32,000 nucleotides of DNA from Allobaculum fili (GTDB taxonomy: Bacteria > Bacillota_I > Bacilli_A > Erysipelotrichales > Erysipelotrichaceae): the NCBI RefSeq assembly GCF_020969955.1, contig NZ_JAHDSX010000004.1, forward strand, positions 1-32,000. Direction: 5' to 3'. A program made the position numbers and the translations under genes. The notes beneath the pieces are model-generated. The model saw nothing but the letters and a program-made list of their open reading frames with translations, was not told the DNA's origin and ran no database searches. Shown here in pieces: positions 17,629 through 26,498 of this stretch; the stretch's first letter is position 1, and each line of letters opens with the position of its first letter.

Positions 17629-17787
17629 GATTGAAACCGGCTCCTCATGGGGCAAAATGCTGAAAACAGACGAAAGGAAAAGCTGCACAGACGCGCCCTG
17701 TTTCCCAAATGAACCGGAGATCTGAATCGGATATCTGTTCGAACTCGGGAAGGCGTCTGTCCTTTATGGAAAGCAGCAGGAATAAGG

Positions 17788-19140
17788 ATGAAGCTCTATA
17801 ACACCTATTCGCAGAAAATCGAAGAATTCAAGCCGATGGAAGACGGCAAGGTTTCGATGTATGTCTGCGGTCCGACGGTCTATAACGATCCGCATATCGG
17901 AAATGCCAGACCTGTCGTCGTTTTTGATACGCTTTACAAAATCTTCAAGGCACTTGGCTATGACGTCACCATGGCAAGCAACTACACCGATGTCGATGAC
18001 AAGATCATTGCCAAGGCGATTGAAGAAAACACTACGGAAAAAGTGATTACCGATCGCTATATTGAGGAATTTGAACACGTTCGCCATGATCTTGGCGCCC
18101 AGACGCCGGATTATACTCCGCGCGTAACCGAGACGATGGATAAAATTATCGCCTTTATCGAAATGCTCGTCGAAAACGGGGCAGCATACGCGGTGGACGG
18201 CGATGTCTACTTCCGTGTCGGCTCCGATACGCACTATGGAGAAATTTCCCATCAGCGCCTAGAAGATCTGATGGTCGGCGCCCGCATTGACGAAAATACA
18301 AAAAAAGAAAACCCGCTCGACTTTACGCTCTGGAAAAAGACCGATAAAGGCATTCAGTGGGATTCTCCCTGGGGAAAAGGCCGTCCCGGCTGGCATACCG
18401 AATGCGTTGTAATGATCAACGATGTCTTTGGCCGTCCGCTGATCGACATTCACGGCGGCGGAAACGACCTGAAGTTCCCGCATCACGAAAACGAAGTGGC
18501 GCAGGCCCGCATGAGCTGGGATACGTCTCTGGCCAATACGTGGGTTCATAACGGCATGATCAACATCGCCGATGAAAACCATGAGATCAACAAGATGTCC
18601 AAGTCTTTAGGCAACGTCCTGCTGGCCAAGGATCTGATCGATCAGTATTCCGGTCCGGTCTGCCGTCTGATGCTCATCAGCACGCATTACCGCGCACCGC
18701 TGACGATTTCGAAGGAAGCACTGGAGTCTTCCGCCAGAGAAATCGCAAAAATCCGGAAACCTGCAGCGCAGGCTCTTTTTCAGCTCGATCTGGCAGACGC
18801 TTTTGATCCGAATGCTGAAAAAGATGAAGCCAGCTGGAACGCCTTCATGGACGCCATGGCCGATGATCTGAACACCCCGAACGCTATTTCCGCGCTTCAG
18901 GCAGCCATCAAGGAACTCAACGGTGCGCTGCGCAAGCGGGAACTGGATTACAAGCGTCTGAATGCGCTTTACGCCTCCATTGCCGGTATGCTTTATGTAC
19001 TGGGACTCGATCTGGATCTGCATCACGCAACGGATGAACAGAAGGATCTGTATCGCGCCTGGAAAGCAGCTGTAAAGGAAAAAGACTTCGCCGCCGCTGA
19101 TGCGTGCCGGGCGAAGCTGATGGAACAGGGACTGGTTTAA
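17788..19140 (+). CDS. cysS: Cysteine--tRNA ligase
   Basis: The 450-aa product carries the class I motifs HIGN (HIGH) and KMSKS (INKMSKSLGN), plus the conserved GWHTEC block. Confidence 0.95.
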   Translation: MKLYNTYSQKIEEFKPMEDGKVSMYVCGPTVYNDPHIGNARPVVVFDTLYKIFKALGYDVTMASNYTDVDDKIIAKAIEENTTEKVITDRYIEEFEHVRHDLGAQTPDYTPRVTETMDKIIAFIEMLVENGAAYAVDGDVYFRVGSDTHYGEISHQRLEDLMVGARIDENTKKENPLDFTLWKKTDKGIQWDSPWGKGRPGWHTECVVMINDVFGRPLIDIHGGGNDLKFPHHENEVAQARMSWDTSLANTWVHNGMINIADENHEINKMSKSLGNVLLAKDLIDQYSGPVCRLMLISTHYRAPLTISKEALESSAREIAKIRKPAAQALFQLDLADAFDPNAEKDEASWNAFMDAMADDLNTPNAISALQAAIKELNGALRKRELDYKRLNALYASIAGMLYVLGLDLDLHHATDEQKDLYRAWKAAVKEKDFAAADACRAKLMEQGLV

Positions 19141-19526
19141 TGGAAATCGTATCCGAAAATCCCGTAACTCTGGCCTGGATGGGCGATGCCATCTATTCGC
19201 TGGAAGTACGAAAAACGCTTTTGAACAAGGGACTGCGCAAAGCCGATGTTCTGCAGAAACAGTCGGCCAAATACAATTCGGCCACGGGGCAGGCCACGGT
19301 TCTCGATCGGCTTCTGGAAGAAGATCTGCTTAACGAAGACGAACGGGAAATCGTCCGCCGCGGACGCAACGCGCACGTCAAATCGCCATCGAAAAGTGCG
19401 GATCTGAAAACGTATCTCAAGGCCACCGGTCTGGAGGCGCTCTTTGGCTATCTGTATCTTTACCATCATGAAGAGCGCATGAACGAACTGCTTTCGATCT
19501 GTATGAAACTTGGTGAATCTCTATGA
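19140..19526 (+). CDS. mrnC: Mini-ribonuclease 3 (YazC-like)
   Basis: The start at 19140 overlaps the cysS stop (TAATG). The product reads MEIVSENPVTLAWMGDAIYSLEVR...RRGRNA...TGLEALFGYLYL and is 128 aa. Its position after cysS matches B. subtilis. Confidence 0.88.
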   Translation: MEIVSENPVTLAWMGDAIYSLEVRKTLLNKGLRKADVLQKQSAKYNSATGQATVLDRLLEEDLLNEDEREIVRRGRNAHVKSPSKSADLKTYLKATGLEALFGYLYLYHHEERMNELLSICMKLGESL

Positions 19527-20266
19527 TCGTCTATGGAAAAAATGTCTTTGAAACGCTGAAAAACGAGCCGGAGACTATCGCGGAAATTTATTTGATGAAC
19601 GGCCAGAACGATGCCAGAACGCGCCGCATTCTCGACACGCTTCCCAGATCCGTTCGTCTGCGCACGGTTTCGAAAAAGGAACTGGACCGCATGACGGATC
19701 ATGGCGTCCATCAGGGGATTGCCGCTAAAGTCAGGGACCTGCCGCTGCTCACGCTCGATGAGCTCATCGACCGGGCCCGTCCAAACCCGGAAAGCGACAG
19801 CGCGCTCGATCGTCTGCCGCTGCTTGTGGCTTTAGACGAAGTGCAGGATCCGCACAATGTCGGTGCTATTCTGCGTTCTGCGGATGCGGCTGGTGCCAAA
19901 GGCGTTATCCTGTGCAAGCATGGCGGCGCCGGGCTCACCCCGGCCGCTGTAAAGACGTCTGCGGGCGCAGCGTATTCGATGCCGGTAGCCGGTGTCTCGA
20001 GCCTTTCCAACGCGCTGATCAAGCTCAAGGAAAACGGCTTCTGGGTAGCGGGCAGCGACTTTGACAAGACCAGTCTCGACTATCGCAAAGGTCTGTATGA
20101 TCGTCCGCTCGTTCTCGTCATTGGAAACGAAGGTAAGGGCATGTCCAAAAGCGTCAAGGGACAGTGCGATTTCAAACTGCACATTCCCATGCATGGAGCC
20201 GTGCAGTCGCTGAACGCGTCGGTGGCTGCAGGAATCCTGATGTACGAGATTCAAAGCAAAAAATAA
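19523..20266 (+). CDS. rlmB: TrmH/SpoU-family 23S rRNA (guanosine-2'-O-)-methyltransferase (RlmB/YacO-like)
   Basis: An ATGA overlap joins it to mrnC. The SpoU blocks are LDEVQDPHNVGAILRSA, LVIGNEGKG and SLNASVAAGILMYE. Confidence 0.9.
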   Translation: MIVYGKNVFETLKNEPETIAEIYLMNGQNDARTRRILDTLPRSVRLRTVSKKELDRMTDHGVHQGIAAKVRDLPLLTLDELIDRARPNPESDSALDRLPLLVALDEVQDPHNVGAILRSADAAGAKGVILCKHGGAGLTPAAVKTSAGAAYSMPVAGVSSLSNALIKLKENGFWVAGSDFDKTSLDYRKGLYDRPLVLVIGNEGKGMSKSVKGQCDFKLHIPMHGAVQSLNASVAAGILMYEIQSKK

Positions 20267-20302
20267 AATTCCCAACGCAGCAGTCGGTATGAAGAGGGAA
20301 AA

Positions 20303-20953
20303 ATGATGAATGCCTTATACCGTCCTGCCAAAAACAGCACGCGCGACTGGAATCTGTACGAGCTTCTCTATCTCATTCACATGAACGATGAGGAAGCGTA
20401 CGCGCTGCTGTTTGCGAGCCTTCGCGGCTATACCGATTTTGTCTACAACAATATGCTTCGGTCCCTTCTTCTTTACGAAGACTGGATCGCGGCTGCCTAC
20501 GATGTGTTTGACCGGCTGATCTATCGCTATCGGGACAATGAGAAGTGTTCGATCGGAACGGTCTACTACGCCTGTCTTCGCAACAAGGCGACCGACCTGA
20601 TTCGCAGTGCCAATCAGTTTTCTTCCCTGCAAAGGCGCAATACACTTTCCCTGGAAGCCTGCTTTGAGCGCCGTGAATTTGGCGGACCGAATATTCAGAA
20701 CTGCTTTCAGAGCGACATGGTACTCGAAGAAAATCATTTAGCGGCTTCCGCCTGCGATGAGGTGCTCGCTGAACTCTCCAAAGAGCTCGATGCGCTCGAC
20801 ATGCAGATCCTGACTATGCTCAGAACGGGCTATACCCAGAAGCAGACATCCGCCATTCTGTCCATTACGCTCTCCCGCGTCGGAACGGCGCTGCGAAGAG
20901 CGCGCTCTGCCTGGAAACGGCATGAAGTGTTTTCAAAGGAACCGATGTTTTAA
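20303..20953 (+). CDS. Divergent sigma-70-family factor in the SigH position (SigH/ComX-like)
   Basis: The gene sits between rlmB and rpmG, exactly where sigH lies in Bacillus. Its region-2-like segment ([32 protein letters not shown]) aligns by eye with the B. subtilis SigH segment RDFKEDKLTSFKAFAELCITRQIITAIKTATRQ. The C-terminus has a region-4 HTH ([26 protein letters not shown]). An alternative start lies at 20306. Confidence 0.75.
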   Translation: MMNALYRPAKNSTRDWNLYELLYLIHMNDEEAYALLFASLRGYTDFVYNNMLRSLLLYEDWIAAAYDVFDRLIYRYRDNEKCSIGTVYYACLRNKATDLIRSANQFSSLQRRNTLSLEACFERREFGGPNIQNCFQSDMVLEENHLAASACDEVLAELSKELDALDMQILTMLRTGYTQKQTSAILSITLSRVGTALRRARSAWKRHEVFSKEPMF

Positions 20954-21042
20954 GAGCTGAGCGATTTCTTTTCGGCATTTGGATTTGGATTTCAGGTTCC
21001 GACGATAAAGGACCGGCATGGAGGCCGGAGGCCGGGGCTTTG

Positions 21043-21071
21043 TTGACAGAAAATGGGTTGAATGCTATATT
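21043..21071 (+). promoter_or_regulatory. Sigma-A promoter for rpmG-secE
   Basis: TTGACA (21043-21048), a 17-nt spacer and TATATT (21066-21071) are present, with TG at the extended -10 position (21063-21064). Confidence 0.6.
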
Positions 21072-21096
21072 TTTAACTTGCAAAGGAGGCCATACT

Positions 21097-21246
21097 ATGG
21101 CTGATAAGATTACTTTGGTTTGTACCGAATGCTTTTCCCGGAACTATACGACCGAGAAAAATAAAAAGACGCAGACAGGCCGTCTTGAAGTTCGAAAGTA
21201 CTGTCCGAAATGCAACAAGCACACTTTGCATAAAGAGTCAAAATAA
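21097..21246 (+). CDS. rpmG: 50S ribosomal protein L33
   Basis: I trimmed the ORF to the ATG at 21097, which follows AAAGGAGG. The 49-aa product is a zinc ribbon with CTEC...CPKC ([24 protein letters not shown]...). Confidence 0.92.
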   Translation: MADKITLVCTECFSRNYTTEKNKKTQTGRLEVRKYCPKCNKHTLHKESK

Positions 21247-21271
21247 GACTGACTAGTAAAGGAATTTGATA

Positions 21272-21472
21272 ATGGCTGAAAACGAAATCAAGGACCCGAC
21301 CTATTCGCCCAAAGCGATCTGGGCGGAACTGAAAAAGGTACAGTGGCCTTCGTTCAAAGAGCTGATGAAATCCAGCGGACTCGTAATTCTGTTTACCGCA
21401 CTCTTTGGCCTCTATTTCTTCATCTGTGAAATTGCGGCCTCCGGTCTCGTCAGCTGGATTGTTTCGCTTTAA
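21272..21472 (+). CDS. secE: Preprotein translocase subunit SecE
   Basis: The ATG at 21272 follows AAAGGAA. The 66-aa product has the conserved segment ELKKVQWPSFKEL followed by a single TM helix. The rpmG-secE-nusG order is conserved. Confidence 0.88.
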   Translation: MAENEIKDPTYSPKAIWAELKKVQWPSFKELMKSSGLVILFTALFGLYFFICEIAASGLVSWIVSL

Positions 21473-21494
21473 ACTGGATTACATGGCTTAACCA

Positions 21495-21521
21495 AAAAAG
21501 GCAGACTCGCGCTGCCTTTTT
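21495..21521 (+). terminator. Hairpin plus short T-run between secE and nusG
   Basis: AAGGCAG-ACTCGCG-CTGCCTT is followed by TTT and preceded by an A-run. Confidence 0.55.
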
Positions 21522-21635
21522 GATTATCCGTCCATTTTGGCGGCACTTCGCTGGATTTACGGTCCTTAAAATCAGGGGCACCATTCGATCAGTGATATAA
21601 ATTATACAGATCTTTTCAAAAGGAGAGGAACCAAT

Positions 21636-22205
21636 ATGACAAGTAAAGTTAACGACAACGATGTCGCCTGGTACGTCGTCAATACGTATGCCGGTCAGGA
21701 AAATCGTGTTAAGGAAAACCTTTTAAAACGAATCAGCACCATGGGTCTGGAAGATTCCCTGTTTGATGTCGTTGTAGCGGAAGAAACCGAAGTGGAATAC
21801 AAAAACGGCAAGGAAATTACAAAGACGCACAATCTCTTCTCCGGCTATATTCTCGTGCGCATGCGCATGACCGACGAAGCCTGGTACGTTGTCCGCAACA
21901 CCCCGGGCGTAACCGGATTCATCGGATCGAGCGGAAAGGGAGCAAAACCGTTCCCTGTAGCCCAGGAAGAAGTGGACGCCGTACTCAGAAGACTTCATCG
22001 TCCGGTTGAAAACGTCACTCTCGATGTGGTTCCCGGCGATAAGGCCGAAGTCATCAACGGCCCGATCAAAGGCACCGTTGTTACGGTTGAATCCATCGAT
22101 ACCGCAAACCGTAAAATCCATGCCAGCTACCAGATGTTCGGCAATGAGCAGAACTCCGATTTCGAATACGGCGATCTGCAGAAAATTGAACCAAGCGCTG
22201 ACTGA
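21636..22205 (+). CDS. nusG: Transcription termination/antitermination factor NusG
   Basis: The 189-aa product has an NGN domain (WYVVNTYAGQENRVKENL) and a KOW motif (GDKAEVINGPIKGTVVTVE). The RBS is AAGGAGAGG. Confidence 0.95.
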   Translation: MTSKVNDNDVAWYVVNTYAGQENRVKENLLKRISTMGLEDSLFDVVVAEETEVEYKNGKEITKTHNLFSGYILVRMRMTDEAWYVVRNTPGVTGFIGSSGKGAKPFPVAQEEVDAVLRRLHRPVENVTLDVVPGDKAEVINGPIKGTVVTVESIDTANRKIHASYQMFGNEQNSDFEYGDLQKIEPSAD

Positions 22206-22292
22206 TCGCATACCCTGAAATCTCAAGGCAAAAGCATTCGCTGCCCAGGGATCAGGACGGCTAAAGCATGCGCAGCAAGCTCTGCATAATTC

Positions 22293-22332
22293 AAGGCAGG
22301 TTTTCCCAGGAAGGAAAGCCTGCCTTTTCTTC
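22293..22332 (+). terminator. Intrinsic terminator after nusG
   Basis: A 14-bp stem AAGGCAGGTTTTCC/GGAAAGCCTGCCTT (1 mismatch) with a 6-nt loop is followed by TTCTTC. Confidence 0.65.
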
Positions 22333-22371
22333 GGCTGATCGCTGCGTCGATCGGCTGTCTGAATTTTCGAC

Positions 22372-22405
22372 GAAAAAACGCCAGGCAAAATGGGCCTGAC
22401 GTTTT
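22372..22405 (-). terminator. Intrinsic terminator after the LacI-family gene
   Basis: The minus strand reads AAAACGTCAGG-loop-CCTGGCGTTTT followed by a T-run, immediately after the stop at 22408. Confidence 0.6.
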
Positions 22406-22407
22406 AG

Positions 22408-23511
<1,104 letters not shown>

Positions 23512-23563
23512 CTATTAATTTTTAGTAAAAACAAAGTTTTAGTTCAAGACTTTTAGTAAACAT

Positions 23564-23592
23564 TGAAAGAACCAGTGCGTTTTTGTTAGAAT
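23564..23592 (+). promoter_or_regulatory. Sigma-A promoter for galK
   Basis: TTGAAA (23564-23569), a 17-nt spacer and TAGAAT (23587-23592) are present, with an extended -10 TG (23584-23585). Confidence 0.55.
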
Positions 23593-23600
23593 GGGTGTAT

Positions 23601-23615
23601 TGATAGCGGTTAACA
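23601..23615. promoter_or_regulatory. Candidate operator overlapping the galK transcription start (TGATAGC-G-GTTAACA)
   Basis: This imperfect inverted repeat (5 of 7 positions symmetric) lies directly downstream of the -10 box, which is a classical repressor position. Confidence 0.3.
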
Positions 23616-23628
23616 AAGGAGAAAAAGA

Positions 23629-24903
23629 ATGCTTGCTAGTCAGTTAAGAGAAGAAATTGTAAACGGGGCGCAGGATGCGCGTCTCACTGAGATCTACGGC
23701 AGCCTCGCAGAGTCGCAGAAACCTCGGTACGCCAAAGCCATCGACAAGTTCATGGAACTGTATGGAGACAAGGATGTACAGGCCATCTCCGTTCCTGGAC
23801 GCAGTGAGGTTATCGGAAACCACACCGATCATCAGCAGGGTGAGGTCCTCGCCACTTCGATCAACCTCGATATCATCGCCATCGTCAGCCCAAGAGAAGA
23901 CGGTGTCGTAAAAGTACTTTCCGACGATTATGATATTCCTCCAATCGATCTGTCGGACCTCAACGTGCACGAAGATGAAAAAGAAAGCAGTCAGGCCCTC
24001 ATCCGTGGCGTCGCCGCAAAGATTAAGGAAGACGGCGGCAACATCGGCGGCTTCGACGGCTATATGACCAGCGACGTGCTGCAGGGAAGCGGTCTGTCTT
24101 CCTCTGCTGCGTTCGAAGTCATGATCGGAAACATCTTCTCCGATCTCTACAATAATCAGAGTCTGGATCCCGTTGAACTCGCCAAAATCGGCCAGTACGC
24201 CGAAAACGTATTCTTCGGCAAACCATGCGGTCTGATGGACCAGTCCGCATGCTCCGTCGGCGGTCTGATTCACATCGACTTCGCCGATAAGCACAACCCG
24301 ATCGTCGAAAAAGTCGACATCGATTTCTCCGACTTCAACACCTCCCTGTGCATTACCGACGTTCACGCATCCCATGCCGACCTGACGCAGGATTATGCGG
24401 ACATTCCGTTCGAACTCAAGGAAGTGGACGAGTTCTTCGGAAAGCCGGTTCTGCGCGAAGTGGATGAAGCGGAATTTTATTCCCGTCTTCCGGAACTGCG
24501 TGAAGCCGTGAAAAACGACCGTGCACTGCTGCGTGCCATTCACGTATTTGAGGAAAACAAACGCGTACAGAAAGCCGTTAAGGCTCTCTCCGAAGGCGAT
24601 CTCGCCGGCTTTGAAAAGCAGATCCTCGCTTCCGGAACGTCTTCCTTCAAATATCTCCAGAATATCTATTCTCCATCCGACTACAAAAACCAGGCGGTTT
24701 CTCTGGCTCTGGCTTTAAGCGAACTGGTACTTGACGGAAAAGGCGCTCACCGCGTCCACGGCGGCGGATTTGCAGGCACAATTCAGGCCTTCGTTCCAAA
24801 CGAACTCGTTGATCAGTACGTGAAGACTATGGACAGCACCTTTGGAGAAGGCGCATGCCACGTTCTTCAGATCCGTCCTTACGGCGGCATCCGCGTATTC
24901 TAA
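23629..24903 (+). CDS. galK: Galactokinase (GHMP kinase family, clostridial-type ~424 aa)
   Basis: The galactokinase signature variant is PGRSEVIGNHTDHQQG and the GHMP ATP-binding motif is GSGLSSSAAFEV. The RBS is AAAGGAG. Confidence 0.88.
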   Translation: MLASQLREEIVNGAQDARLTEIYGSLAESQKPRYAKAIDKFMELYGDKDVQAISVPGRSEVIGNHTDHQQGEVLATSINLDIIAIVSPREDGVVKVLSDDYDIPPIDLSDLNVHEDEKESSQALIRGVAAKIKEDGGNIGGFDGYMTSDVLQGSGLSSSAAFEVMIGNIFSDLYNNQSLDPVELAKIGQYAENVFFGKPCGLMDQSACSVGGLIHIDFADKHNPIVEKVDIDFSDFNTSLCITDVHASHADLTQDYADIPFELKEVDEFFGKPVLREVDEAEFYSRLPELREAVKNDRALLRAIHVFEENKRVQKAVKALSEGDLAGFEKQILASGTSSFKYLQNIYSPSDYKNQAVSLALALSELVLDGKGAHRVHGGGFAGTIQAFVPNELVDQYVKTMDSTFGEGACHVLQIRPYGGIRVF

Positions 24904-24979
24904 TCCAAGTCCGCTAAACGCATGCCTGAGCTTTTAAACGGCAAAGCAAGGCAGTCCAACTGAAAATTATGAACAAGCA

Positions 24980-25017
24980 AAGCAGCCTGCACGCAATCAA
25001 ATTGCAGGCTGCTTTTT
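24980..25017 (+). terminator. Intrinsic terminator after galK
   Basis: A 12-bp stem AAGCAGCCTGCA/TGCAGGCTGCTT is followed by TTTTT. Confidence 0.8.
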
Positions 25018-25307
25018 CTCTGTCTGCCAGAAGAAGACGGCTTGAAAAGGAAAGCGGTTTGAAAGCTTTGACGTCCCCTTCAAACTGGAACGATCTGGAT
25101 TTCAGTGGATGAGAGTGCGCCAAACCGATACAATAGCTCCGGAATATCTTTCTGGTATATCATTCCCCAAAATCGTCTGGGATTACGAAAACCAGAAAGT
25201 CTGTTTTTAAAAGGCTGCTTGAGCGGACACCCAGTCGATCCGATCGGCCTGCCGGCAGCTGAACCGAAGCCGGCAGGGAAAACGAAAGAGAAAAAAGAGG
25301 AAGAGAC

Positions 25308-26105
25308 ATGAAGAAGAAAACAATGATTTTTGATCTGGACGGTACGCTGTATCGCGGAACGGCTCCGATCGAAGCGGGAATCCGCGCGATTGAGTTCTGT
25401 CAGGCGCATGACATTCCCTATCTTTTTCTGACCAACAATTCCATGCGCACGCCGCAGGAAAACGCGGAACACATGCTGAAAATGGGCTACCCGAACATTC
25501 GCGCTGAGGACTTCGTCAATTCGGCGATGGCCGCAGCTGCCTGGGCGTCAAAATACTGTGCGAAGACCGGAACGCCGCGAACGGCCTGGATGATTGGACA
25601 GGCCGGCATGAAAGAAGCGCTCGAACTGGAAGGCTTTGCGATTACGGAAGACCATCCGGCTTTTGTATTCATCGGTCTGGATAAATCCGCAGACTATGCG
25701 AAATATTCCAGAGCACTGGGATTTCTGCTCAACGGCGCAAAGCTGATCGGAACAAATATGGACCGCATTCTGGCCAAGCCTGGTGGTTTTGAAGTCGGCA
25801 ACGGCTCGGTCGTTACGCTGTTTGAATACGCCACGGGACAGAAAAGCCCCGATATCGCCAAGCCAAGTGCTCCGATTCTCGAAACGGCTTTGAATAAGCT
25901 CCATATTTCGAAAGAAGAAGCCGTAATTATTGGAGATAATCTGGAAACCGATATCGCGCTCGGTTATAATAATCAAGTTCAGACTCTTTTCGTCCAGAGC
26001 GGCGTGCATAAGGAGTCGGATATCGAACGGCTCGGGATTATTCCCGATGAAACCGTGGCAAGCCTGGATGAGGCAGACTTTCTGCGTCTGTCCGCCATGG
26101 CTTAG
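25308..26105 (+). CDS. HAD-IIA family hydrolase (NagD/YutF-like sugar phosphatase)
   Basis: The 265-aa product has motif I IFDLDGTLY, motif II LTNNS and motif IV IGDNLETDI. The RBS is AAGAGGAAGAG. Confidence 0.88.
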   Translation: MKKKTMIFDLDGTLYRGTAPIEAGIRAIEFCQAHDIPYLFLTNNSMRTPQENAEHMLKMGYPNIRAEDFVNSAMAAAAWASKYCAKTGTPRTAWMIGQAGMKEALELEGFAITEDHPAFVFIGLDKSADYAKYSRALGFLLNGAKLIGTNMDRILAKPGGFEVGNGSVVTLFEYATGQKSPDIAKPSAPILETALNKLHISKEEAVIIGDNLETDIALGYNNQVQTLFVQSGVHKESDIERLGIIPDETVASLDEADFLRLSAMA

Positions 26106-26114
26106 AAAATAGTT

Positions 26115-26123
26115 TGTTATAAT
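26115..26123 (+). promoter_or_regulatory. Extended -10 promoter element for secG (TGTTATAAT)
   Basis: A perfect TGnTATAAT at 26115-26123 lies ~30 nt upstream of the secG start. The -35 region is poor. Confidence 0.45.
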
Positions 26124-26156
26124 GATCACGGGAAAAAGAAAGAAAGAGTGATTTGT

Positions 26157-26387
26157 ATGGAAAACTTCTTAAATATTTTGTTAATGGTCGACTCAGGTAT
26201 CATGATTATTCTCGTCCTGCTGCAGAGCGGTAAATCCGACGGACTTTCCGCAGCATTCACGGGAAGCGGAGATCTTAACCTTTTTGCGGTTCAGAAAGAA
26301 CGCGGCTTCGAAAAGGTTCTCTCGTATGCCACGCTCATCTGCGGCATCATTTTCTTCGCCCTTGTAATCGCTTTACAGATTGTCTAA
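26157..26387 (+). CDS. secG: Preprotein translocase subunit SecG
   Basis: The 76-aa product from the ATG at 26157 has two TM helices flanking LLQSGKSDGLSAAFTGSG, which is the typical SecG motif. An alternative GTG start lies at 26148. Confidence 0.85.
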   Translation: MENFLNILLMVDSGIMIILVLLQSGKSDGLSAAFTGSGDLNLFAVQKERGFEKVLSYATLICGIIFFALVIALQIV

Positions 26388-26406
26388 GGCCATCCGGCCT
26401 TTTTTA
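26386..26406 (+). terminator. Intrinsic terminator after secG
   Basis: AAGGCC-ATCC-GGCCTT is followed by TTTTT. Confidence 0.75.
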
Positions 26407-26498
26407 TTTTGCAGGCAAGTTTTTGTATTTTACAGACAGGATATTGTATGAAGAGGGTATTAAAGACTTCTGGACTGTCTCGAAAGGGAGGGATTTGA

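Noticed and set aside
17560-17787. I expected a T-box leader upstream of cysS.
   Set aside because: No T-box core (GGTGGTACCGCG-like) or specifier-loop architecture is visible. The hairpin plus T6 at 17571-17628 lies ~160 nt from the start codon and fits better as a second terminator for the upstream operon. A CAGACGC/GCGTCTG stem (17689-17758) exists, but I cannot assign it.
25105-25311. A 68-aa ORF whose TGA overlaps the ATG of the HAD gene (ATGA), suggesting translational coupling. There is also a 9-bp GC-rich hairpin CCTGCCGGC/GCCGGCAGG at 25248-25278.
   Set aside because: There is no RBS before its ATG and the product is proline/lysine-rich and low-complexity. The overlap is likely coincidental. 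The hairpin has no U-tract on either strand, so I do not call it a terminator.
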